A DNA stretch of 64,000 nt, from assembly GCA_030248215.1 (NCBI GenBank), contig JASANG010002509.1:558001-622000 (forward strand). The letters run 5' to 3'. Under the pieces are notes generated by a model, which saw only the letters and a list, made by a program, of their open reading frames with translations, did no database searches and was not told where the DNA came from. Numbering within the stretch: the first letter of the stretch is position 1; every line of letters starts with the position of its first letter. The stretch comes from Enoplolaimus lenunculus (Eukaryota). The position numbers and the translations under genes were made by a program. Positions 52,800-63,462 of this stretch are shown here, piece after piece.

Positions 52800-52950
52800 G
52801 AATACAACGTTTGCAAAAAAACTCCTCGTATTGGGGTTCCACAATCCTGGTGAACATAGCTTTTACACTCCATACCTACACCAAACCCATTCCATGGCAC
52901 CTGTTTCTTTGTAATAGTCACCATTGCAAATAACCCAAAGAAACGACTTG
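52800..52950 (-). pseudogene. Frameshifted PHD-finger remnant, probably the C-terminus of a pogo/DDE_1-type transposase
   Basis: WVICNGDYYKETGAMEWVWC, then a 4-nt insertion, then MECKSYVHQDCGTPIRGVFCKRC. This gives C4HC3 spacing with the first Cys changed to Trp. Confidence 0.5.
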
Positions 52951-53751
52951 TTTAGCCTTAAGCCGCTTTTAATACCCCAGCCTTTTCGCTGAGATGGCAC
53001 GCTGCTGTTCGTGTTGTTACCTTCGTCATGTATTAATTTAATATTTTCAGTCATGTTTAGATTTAGATTCTAAAACTTTGAGCTGAAATCTGAAATGTTG
53101 CCTACTGTTATCATCATGGTCAACGTTAAAATTGAATCACTATTTGAAACAACTTTGGTTACATTTGTATTTTAGACAGCTCACGGTGGGATAAAAGCGC
53201 TTCAGAAGATCTGTCAGAGTTCCATTGTCGGTTAGAAAAATATAGTGGAGTAGGTATTTCACCGGCGCTCCTGCCTGTTATGTCCCGTTCTACCGTTTTA
53301 TTTTATAAAATATGCTGAACAAGAAGATTTTGTGGCGAAAATAAGTCCATAAACTCTCATTGTTACATTGTTGCACATATCAATTTTTTGGCCATGCTGT
53401 CGCCTTTACGAATAATTCTTGCTATACAAGTGTATTTATATTGTGTAGCTTGTGTGCACCAAGTAAAATTGGCTCTGCAACATAAACCCCACATTCAGTA
53501 AATAAGGCTTATATGCTAAAGTTTACACTTCGGCTTGATTAGGCAAATATTTCGGTTTTGGCTTTAGGCTTTGGAAAGCGTTTTTGGAAACGTTTGCGTT
53601 AGCGTAGGTATACCTAATCCACAGTCAAATCCTAAGCCTGAGACATAGCTAAAAAGTTTCTCTAGATTTGTTAGACATATTTTTTGAAACGTTTAAAGAA
53701 ACACTGGTTTCACATCAAATGTGGAAGTGTACAAGAGCTTAAAAATGTGTT

Positions 53752-56700
53752 TCAGTCAAAATAATCCAATTCCTGATCATATTCATCACCGTCTTCGACA
53801 TAATCATAATCGGCCTGTTCTCGAGCCCAACCACCTCTGCGTCGGCCGTTACCCCCGCCGCGGCGCCTTCTCAACGGTCGACAGCATAGTTCGTAGTCGA
53901 ACACGAACGGATGCGTTTTATGTGGATCGTGAAATTTATGTCGATGACATCCCATGCGGAGATGCATCAACTCAATAGTGAATAAATGATCGTTTTTGCC
54001 CCGAAGGATACTGTCGTCATCGCATACCTGGAAACATAATTGCTGCCCAAATTTTACACTCTCGATGGTCAGATCAAAGACTCTGGGTTCGAGGGATCCA
54101 TACACCAATATATGCTTGTGTTTTAAGTGTATTTGTTTCAGCTTGCACATATTTAATTACTAACAGATATAAATTTCTCAAACCGACTAGATTGGACCTG
54201 TTCCCCTTGTACTACACACAAAAACAGTTTCTGATGTTCAAGAAATATTTTCTTCAATTTAAGACAACTATGTCTTAATCTAGACTACAGACATATATGC
54301 CTTGAATGCAGATATTAGTTTCTGAAGTTTTGCAGTAATCTTTGTCAGAAATTTTTAATACTTAACTGTCTTAAATCTAAGAGTGTGTGTTATAAAAAGA
54401 TTAAGACAAATATGTCTGAAATAAGAGACTTGTTTTAATGCACTTTAAGACATGTCTTAGAAACAATATTTGCCACAGAAGTCGCCTTCAAACTTTAAGA
54501 GTTAAGCTCAACAAAATTGCACAATTTTACAATCTAAGATACAGTTCAAGACGTACCTAAACTTAAGTTGGGGATAGCTTGAGCTCAACCCGAAATATCT
54601 TTGAGATTTTATTTATATACTCTCTTAAGAATATAAATGGAGCAACATTTTTTACATACATAAAAATCAGAAAATAAATTCTTGAATAAAGACAACAATT
54701 TCCTAAAAGAAAAAGTTTTATTTATAAATTGTAAATAGCAATTTCTTGAATATAAAGACATTTAATATGTTTTAACCATTTCAGAAACAAATTTCTGAAC
54801 AGTTTAGGCTATTAATGCCAAGAAAGTAGGAGTCTTGAAATTTGAAGACAATTTATTTTGTGTACATACTTTTTCATTACGGCCCCTAACAAACTGCACT
54901 GCACATTAATGTCTTATTTACAATTTGATAAAATAAGAGCCTTTTCGGTTTAATGTTCAGCAGCCCGTTTTTGCCCAAAAGTAGACCTATTCTCATTTTA
55001 ATACTTTTGCCATGTTTCAGTTTCTTGTAACCTCGCTTTATATTTACTTCAGAACAAAATTCAAATTTTTTATTTTTAAATTCAGTTTGTTTATCCTAAA
55101 TCCTCTCTTTCCTTCGGCTATCACACAAACAACGTTGAGATTGAGACTACATATTAAACAGCGTGCACCCTTCGATTGGGTGTATCTACAACATGCTAAA
55201 ACCACACCTTAGGCCCAGCGAAATTACATTTAGGCGCAGCTCAAAGAACTGAGTTCAATAGATTCATACAATTCAATATTCGTCAACAAATTTACCTCTA
55301 TCTTGAAGATTCGATTAATTAAACTGTTAAAAGGTGCAAATCCATACTCTGGAGGCTGGAAATCGCCCAACTCAGCATAATTATCCTCTTTTCGAGCCAT
55401 TATTTGCTGAAACAGAATACCGTTGCGCCAGGGTGAAACCGGACGTACAAAATACCGGATCCGAAGCCGTAGGTCAACAAAATTTGCTTGATTTGGAGCC
55501 GGAGGTGAGGCGAAATTAGGTGGTAAAAATGATGGTTAGAATTTATTTTAGCACATATCTGCAAAACGTTGTTTAAGTTGTTCGGCTTTGCTCTAATTTT
55601 CTGCGAAATTTCTGAAATTCATTTCTAAAAATGATAACAAAAGTAAAACGAAACGCGCTAAACAGATAAATTTTTGCAAAATTACGCAAAATTTTACTAA
55701 CGAAATTGTCGGAACCTCCGCGGCGCCGGAGGTAGATCTCCGGTTGTACCCTGCGTTGCGCTGTAAAGCATACTTCTTCATAAAAATTACACTGTTTCAG
55801 GTGCAAAAAATATTTAACTTAAGTTTTCAAAGTACATTCCTTATAACCTTGTATTATCGCTCAAGCTATTGACACAAGACAGAATCGTTTAATTCAACGG
55901 ATAATTGCAGTACCTACAGGATATATATCAGTAACGAAGGGCTGCGGAGCGCGGGTTAAAATAAATAACAGTCCGTAACCGAATAAAAAGGGGGTGCCCT
56001 CTGGAGAGGCCAAATAAATATCATTCCCTCCCCCCTCTTATTCGGCTCACTACAGTATGCAACTCCATCACAAATAAGCGTATAGAGACCGATCAGAAAT
56101 ACGATTATTCTAAAAATGACTGCTACATCTCCAGCGTGTAGAAATTTAGAATTTGGCACTCTCATGTAGGAGTGCACTTCAACGACATATAAAAGTTGCA
56201 GCTATATTTACATTATATAAAAAATAGAAATTGTAATATCTACTCCAATGACATTACCCGAGGGTTCAGCGGATGGCGGTACTTCGAAGTTTTGAGACCA
56301 GAAAATTATACAGAAAAATTGACAATGTAAAAAACAGGGGCGGAACAGCATTATAAACATATTCCTGAGCCTAAAGCCTAAGTCTAAGTCAAGCAAAAAA
56401 TAGTCCAAAGCTTATGCTTACTCTTTTCTAGTCCCACTGAAAAACGTTCTGCCGCTGATCTTTACATAGGCGTATAAAAAATTGTAAGGTTCATTTCTTT
56501 TAAAAAAACTAAAATCGGATTGGTCTATTGAAGCTTTGCTAGCGAAGTTACTCACGCCACAGCGTAAGTAGGTATGCGCGTATACCTCTCGTTTTTGGAT
56601 TAGCTACTGCGTCCTTGAGTTGTTTATGAATCTGTTCAATTAATGTATTCACTGTTGCACTGGCTGGCTCGAAAAGACATTTAAGAGGTTTTAGCTTATA

Positions 56701-56986
56701 TTTTACGAGGTGGCTAAAACAGCTTTTTCGATGCTAAACTTACATATCCACGTCCTTTGTGACAGTAACTGTCACCTTGAAGTGTAACCATAAAATCGCA
56801 CAGTTTTTCTCCCTCAATTCCAGGACTGCAGCGTCCGCCGGCATCTTTTAAATCGCTTTCGCTCGCTGGACGAATTGAAATTGGCCGAAATTTGTATTCA
56901 AATGCTCGATGTCGTCCACATTTAACGTCACATAAGACCAAAGCAACAAAATTGACACTCAATATTAAAAATAATGGTCGCAACAT
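53752..56986 (-). CDS. Putative secreted Cys-containing protein ending in a C2-like domain and a basic/acidic tail, about 302 aa. Exons 56986-56744, 56694-56556, tentative 56298-56258, 56201-56103, 55406-55296, 54027-53752
   Basis: Signal peptide MLRPLFLILSVNFVALVLC. Open exons are flanked by splice sites. FKIE|VCDDDSILRGKNDHL resembles the C2 Ca-binding loop. The join between exons 2 and 4 needs a 41-nt exon with a TG acceptor, and one donor (GTATTT) is weak. Confidence 0.6.
54215..54862. mobile_element. Fold-back MITE in the last intron of the C2-like gene
   Basis: TA|CACACAAAAACAG...TTCAAGA and TCTTGAA...ATTTTGTG|TA ends with many AAGAC/GTCTT motifs. Confidence 0.55.
55429..55753. mobile_element. 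hAT-like MITE in an intron of the C2-like gene
   Basis: CAGGGTGAAACCGGA...TCCGGTTGTACCCTG flanked by a perfect 8-bp TSD CGTTGCGC. Confidence 0.88.
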
Positions 56987-59900
56987 GATTTTTTACTTCG
57001 TTTACGAAAACTTTAAAAGTTTCAGCAATGTCAAAACTATATAAAATCTCGTTGGCTAATGTTACTTTTAGGGCTGTAACAGTAGATTAAGCGTATTCCT
57101 AAGCCTAAGTCTAAGCCTAAGCGTAAGCCAAAGCCTAAGCAAAAAATATAGTCTAGAATGTAGCCTACTGTTTTACAGGCCCATCGGAAACTGGGACGGC
57201 CATAAATTATGGAATGTCTACGTTATAATAATGTCGACGTGGACGTACAAAATTGTCTAGTCTCTAATTCGATTAGTTGCAGGTACAGTGTGTGTTTCAT
57301 CGGTATAGCTTGTCATGAGTCTGTAGATAAAAATCTTCCTACACGTATATGCAACATAAATGTACAGTACGCACAGGTACATTCACGTAAGCATGTATAA
57401 CCTGGGATGACTTGATAATGTACTGCCTTCACACAAAGTATAAATTAAATTTTCAATTACAGTATCTGTAAAGCCTCGTAAACGGTTGATAATTTTCAGT
57501 AATATATAACATAAGCTGTGACACTAGCAAGTAAAAACATCGTGAAAAAACTTGGTGTAGATTAAAATTGATTTGTTATGTTTCGCATCTAAAACTACTT
57601 TGCTCTTATCAGTTTTACACGCGTACGGGCTAAATTGCAAAACACACCATGTGAACGGTGATTTTTCACCTTTTTGTACCCCCGCAAATGTATAACTAGA
57701 GAAATAACGAATTCTTAGTTACAAATTTAAGCAAAAGGAAGCGGACATGACATACATTCCAAAAATTTGCTTTTATTATTAAATGCCTGCTTTTTACTAC
57801 ATGTTTCCAATTATTACCACGACCACTTCATTTTTGAATACACGGTTTCTAGTGAAGAGACGTTGTTTCACAGATATTTTCAAAAACATGTTTAACGCCG
57901 TTCGAAGGTGGTGATTACTTATTGATTCATTTTTAACGGTTAATTCTGTGTGTACTGAGCTAGTGATCGACGTTTTAGGTTTGGGGACGGAGAATTGTAT
58001 TCTTTGTGTTAAAGAGCCGTATAACCTATACATAACGTCTGTAGTCTACACATCAAAATTGTCTAATTAATCGTGCAAATTTCGACATAGCCAATGGTGA
58101 GCTTCTAAGTGTCAATAATATTATATTTAATCATGTTTAACTACTGAGCTAGTGGACGCCAAGCTTCCGGAGCGGGGATCGAACTCTCAACCTCCTGATT
58201 CATAAGCGGCCACACTACCACTGCGCTACGTAGCCAGCCTCTCCAACTGCATTTTTCGTCGACTATTTGTCGACCGTATGCTGCGAGCAAGCATACAAAA
58301 CAATGTGCATTGTATTTTTTGCATATGCACTAGGACAAGCATGTCTCATGCCTACAGTTGTTTCAGGGGTTGTGGACGGAAACTTGTGGTCTTTGTGTTA
58401 AAGAGCTGTGAGTTCCATACATAACGTTTGCAGCAGATGCTGTTACCACTGCGCCGCGTAGTCCGCCTCTGCAGTTGTTTATATCGTCGACTATATGTCC
58501 CACGTATGCTGCCGGCAAGCATACTACACAATTTGCATTGCAGATATTTTGCATATGCACCAGGACAAGCATGTCTCACATGGTTACATTAAGTTTAACG
58601 CTTAGTTACAATTTGACTCGTTTTACGTGCTAGCTAACTTTGAGATCTATGTACGCATGTGAGACAGGCAGGTCCTGGTGCCTATACACTATGCAGTATA
58701 TATGCAATGTACATCGTGTTGCACGCTAGCCGGCAGCCAGGGTGAGGGTGCAACCGGATTCCGGTTCCGCCCTATTTTCAGCGTCTGGTTCCGGTAATTT
58801 TTAATGGAATTAAAAATTCCGGTATTAAAATTGGGTCGGTGGAAATGAAGTTATTTTACTAAAAGTGAAGATAAAAATTAAAAACGTTTCATTAGCGTAG
58901 TATGCAAACCTAGACAATAGCCGAAAATAAACCATTGAAGGTAGATTTCGCTTCCGTGGATTCTGAAAATCTAGAATTCAGCAGATAAACTAAATATTTA
59001 TCTCCAACTAGGGTTATTTCACCGATAATATTGCAAAAAAGAAAATTAAATAAATGTTTCGCTGGCATGTATTTCTCATTTTCCGGTAAATTGTAATTTC
59101 GGTTGCATCTTGCCGGCAGCATACCTATCGACAAATATAGTCGACTATAAAAGCTATTGAAGGTGCGTGGATGCAACACATGGGTTAATAAATCACTGAC
59201 GCATCGGTATGTAGTACCTTCATATGCAGCAGCAGTAAGACATGAAAGAACCAAGATACGTGTGATCGTAATGTTGCGGTTTTTATATGGCATAAAAACC
59301 TGAAAACTCAGCCAGCAATAATTTTCAGCTGTAAGAACTCAGATCTAAAAACCGTCGTACCCTATCAACGCAAATTATCACAGCGCGGACTGCGTGATAA
59401 TGGATGGTCAAGAGACGATTTTGTGGAAAATTTGTGCATGTAAGCATGTAAGACATGCTTGCCTTGCTACATATGCAATAAATACAAAGCACACTGTGTT
59501 GTATGCTAGCTGGTAGCATACATGCCGATAAATATAGTCAAGTAGAAAAACAGTTGAAGAAGCTGGCTGCGTGGTGCTGTGGTACAGCGTTCGGTTTACA
59601 ATCCGCAGGATAATAATTCTAGCCACACATGTATCACGGTGCGATCGGATTCCAAAATTGCCGGACCCAGATAGTTCAATATACGATCGTCGGACCTGGA
59701 GCCAGATAATTATTTCGTTGTCGAATTTTAATACACGATGCTTAAATAATATGTAGGATTTTTTGAGTTTTAAAAACATCCGGCAGGTTTGAATACCGGA
59801 GCCGAATAACGATTTTTACCGGAGCCGGATATCCGGTCGTACCCTGCCTTGTATGGCTGTTTTTCTACCTGCTTAATAAAAGGGTCTGAACGACTGATGC

Positions 59901-60038
59901 TACGTAAGAGTAACAATTTACAGCTGATGCAGTTCTTTTGTTTGGAGACTTGCTGCTAAATGGAATCCGTACTACATATATATAATTATAACACGATTCT
60001 AAGTTATATACCAATTTGTTTTGCTAGGAATCAGGCAT

Positions 60039-60404
60039 ATGGTAGCTCATTATTATTGTGAATATTGTAATCGCCGTTTCAAAGATCACTTACGTGCTCG
60101 GAAGCAACATTTGGCCAGCGCTCTGCATTGTCGTAATCGCGATGCTTATTATCGCGCTGTTTTAACGCAGTTTGAAAAACGATCTGAAACAAGATTTCTC
60201 AATAAAACACAACAGAAACTTGAATCATTCATTCGTGGAGAAAATCTAGCAGATATTAATCTTTCGAGTTTGAGCTTACCAAAAGAAGTTGATGCTCCAG
60301 TGTCATTACGGCTTGCCGTTCCTTTGAAAGATTACGAACTTGAATGTTTAGCGCCTGACTGGGGTTGGAAAGGTACTTTTCAGTATGTCATAATATTATT
60401 TTGA
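60039..60404 (+). CDS. ZMAT5: ZMAT5-like U11/U12 snRNP 20K protein (matrin/U1-type zinc finger)
   Basis: YYCEYCNRRFKDHLRARKQHLASALH matches the ZMAT5 N-terminal U1-type finger, and the C-terminal PVSLR...DWG matches the LPPSL...WG end. The 3' end may splice at AAAG|GTACTT (about 60372). Confidence 0.8.
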   Translation: MVAHYYCEYCNRRFKDHLRARKQHLASALHCRNRDAYYRAVLTQFEKRSETRFLNKTQQKLESFIRGENLADINLSSLSLPKEVDAPVSLRLAVPLKDYELECLAPDWGWKGTFQYVIILF

Positions 60405-60924
60405 TCCGGGTACGATTTCGTCAAAAATTGAACATTAATTAGTTCGGGATGCGATATTATTCTGTTATTTATGACTAAAATTACAATATATCACAGTGCT
60501 TTTTGTTCTTGACAACAGAACTAAGCATGTCACTGAACGCATTTATTATGGAAACCCCTGTGGAAACAAAATAATATGTTATATTAAACACTACTATATT
60601 AACGCGAGTAAGGTTTACATTTTATTGAAACTTGTACTTAATATCTGGTTAGTGGCAGTGGCCGTGTATTTTAGTGTCCGGTTTTCATTTTGTTACAACG
60701 CCTCGTTCGGCCATAGTGAAACTTTTTGTCATGTCAAGATTGGGTAGGTTTTCCAGCCATACTTGATATAACATCTTTCTGTTATAGTCGTGTCCATTAA
60801 GTGAAAAGCAGCTGTGTGATTGGTGTAGACTCACGCAGGTGGGAAAGACAATAACTCGAAATATATTTCAATATACAAATGGTTTTTCATGTTTATGCTA
60901 AGGATAGTGTTATAGGGAACAGAC

Positions 60925-63462
60925 ATGATCAGTGATCAAAACGAGCTTCGTGGAACCAGTGTACTGTCATGGGTTTACAACTGGGAGTTTCCGAGACTCG
61001 TTTACATTCAAGAAATTTCTTTTTTTGGATCTGATTCATACGAATGGCTGTGGCTGCTATTTACGCGTATTGGAAATCCAGCATGGGCGTTCAATGTATA
61101 TTATCCGCTGATTTGTACATTTTCATTGCGGTGTGCGTATATAATTGTACTTACGGGGGCTGTTTCTGAATTCCTGAATGGAGTGTTGAAATGGTATGAC
61201 ATTCTGAATTTATATTATTTATACACCTATCCTATACAAATGGTAGGTGTATGTATCAGGGATCGACCGGATATTAATTTTTTCGGATACCGGAAACGTA
61301 ACGGATAGTACATTTTGTACCGAAACCGGAGCCGATTGTAAACGTTAGTCGGATATCGGATATAAATTTGTGCACTGTTGGAAGTATTTGAGTCGCGCTA
61401 AAATATGTTTTTGTGGGTTTACATTAATTTTTGGCTTGGATTTTTAATTTCATGCCAGTGTCGATTCGTGCTTGCCCGGAATTGCAGTCGCTGCGAAATA
61501 TCTAGTGTTTCGACATGTAAAAAGCAGTTTTATGATATTTGGAACCGCAACCACAAATACCCGGTCTCCGGTGGAATAAACTCGAATGTTTGTTTACATT
61601 AAGTTTTCCAGCAATCACAGCCTTCTACACAAATAATCGTTGTGGTTCTCACAGAACATCAAACAGATGGTAGTTTAGCATCATACTTGTTTCGTTGTGC
61701 ATACCATAAACCATTTTGTTTCCATGTTGTAGGATTATTTTCGGTCACAGGCCGTACTGGTGGATTTATGACAAAGATCCTTCTTTGAGGATAGTTCAGA
61801 CGCATTTAAGTTGTGAAACAGGGCCAGGTTAGTGTCCGTTTTTAAAAGTTAGCACAGTTCCCAACGCAAGTATTGCATATAATGCGTTTAATTACTTTTT
61901 ATAGTTTATTGATAAATAACATCGAATGTTGCATAATGGTTTCCATGAGAGATTCAGTTTATAACTGAGCAATGACAAGTAAAGGTTTGAACTTGTTTAG
62001 CAGCACGATCAACACAACTATTTTTATGATTCTGTGCATATTACGCAACTTGTGTTTGCATAAAGTTTAGCATGCAAAACGGTTTAAATGAACTGCGCTA
62101 TTTGACAATATAAATCATATATGTTTGGTTTCAGGTAGCCCAAGTGGCCATGCAATGGTTACTGCGGCTATTTGGTTTGCTGTAATCCAATTTGCGTTAA
62201 GCAGTAATGTTTTACAGAAACGTCAACGATTAAGGTAAGTTAGTTGTAATTTTTTGCTTGTATTATATATAATTTTAAAAATTAATTGTAGAAAAATCGA
62301 TTATTGTGTACAGTTGAACGTTTATACTACAGCCTTCGGAAAATTCCGAGTTACCTAGAATTATTTTAACGTTATAATCAGAGTTTAATTCTGTTTTGAT
62401 TCTGTTTGGGATGGAGTTAGAGAATTCTCGTTCAGTTACTTTTAAGTTTTTGTAGTGACCGTATCAAAGTTTTTTGGTTTTCAGACAGTATACCGCCTTC
62501 GCTGCGTGGACTATCTATAGTGCATTCTTAGTGCTCATTAGCATATCTCGACTTGCAATCGGAGCTCATTTTATTCATCAAGTTGCATTTGGAATTGCTG
62601 CAGGTGATCTCCTTTTTTCCAATTTTTAGAAAGAGAAGAATTTCCCGTCCGTTCCGAAACGAAATAGCATAACTTATTGGTTTAGCACGGATCTTAGCGT
62701 AAAACGCTCGCACTAATAGTTGGCGATTGTTATTAAGGTGTTATTTTTGAAAGTGAAGGCATTGATTTCACCAAAAACTATGATGAGGTGTGTTTCACAC
62801 ATTTAGTGCTATTTTGTCTTGTGTGCAAAAATAACCTTTAAACTCTAATGAACAATGCTTTAACCTGCAAAAGCTCCAAATTTATACAGTTGCATTTACG
62901 CTTTTAGGCGTTTGCGTTGGTTTAGGAATAACACTGTGTTGTGATCGCTTACTGAATTGCTCTCGTTGTCTAGTAATTTTCACAGCATCTCTAGTGTCTA
63001 CGGCATTTGGAGTTCACTCGGTATTACGTTTTCTAATTCGAGCCGATCCTGATTGGTCAATAAAGCTGGCAAATGCACATTGCGAACACAAACATTGGAT
63101 ACATGTGTCTACAACGCCTTTGTATGCGTTGTCCAGAGATATTGGCGCACTTGTTGGCCTGTCTGTCTTAGCTTGGTGGAATGCCAGGGCATGTGGAGTC
63201 TTGTTTAATAAGCAACGAACAGGTTAGTTTAGTATTTGTGATGAAAAGTATGAATAATTTTGAATTTTACAGCGGAGTTCTAGCTAAACTGAGGTTGACC
63301 CCTCGAATCACGCAAGGCCTTAAGGTAGCGCTATACTTGTCGAGCGGCGCCGGAAGTCAATCAATTTTTGTTTACATTGTTATACAACTCTATGTGGCAA
63401 TTCTCTTCCTATACCATATGGCGTCGAACTATGCCGATGGCATCGAAGTAGTCCAAAGGTAG
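60925..63462 (+). CDS. G6PC: Glucose-6-phosphatase (PAP2 family, G6PC-like). Exons 60925-61193, 61733-61827, 62135-62234, 62485-62603, 62908-63222; last exon uncertain
   Basis: Catalytic motifs KW-IIFGHRPYWW, CETGPGSPSGHAM and SRLAIGAHFIHQV, plus DPDWSIKLA..HC.HKHWIHVSTTPLYAL.RD.GAL. The first five exons join in frame at GT-AG sites. Confidence 0.93.

Noticed and set aside
58150..58222. Functional tRNA gene (also 27095-27172 and the 37-39 kb copies)
   Set aside because: A and B boxes are present but acceptor and anticodon stems do not pair properly, and the copies are embedded in repeats.
58910..59779. 127-aa and 123-aa minus-strand ORFs
   Set aside because: They are composed of nested hAT-like MITE and tRNA-leader repeat sequence.
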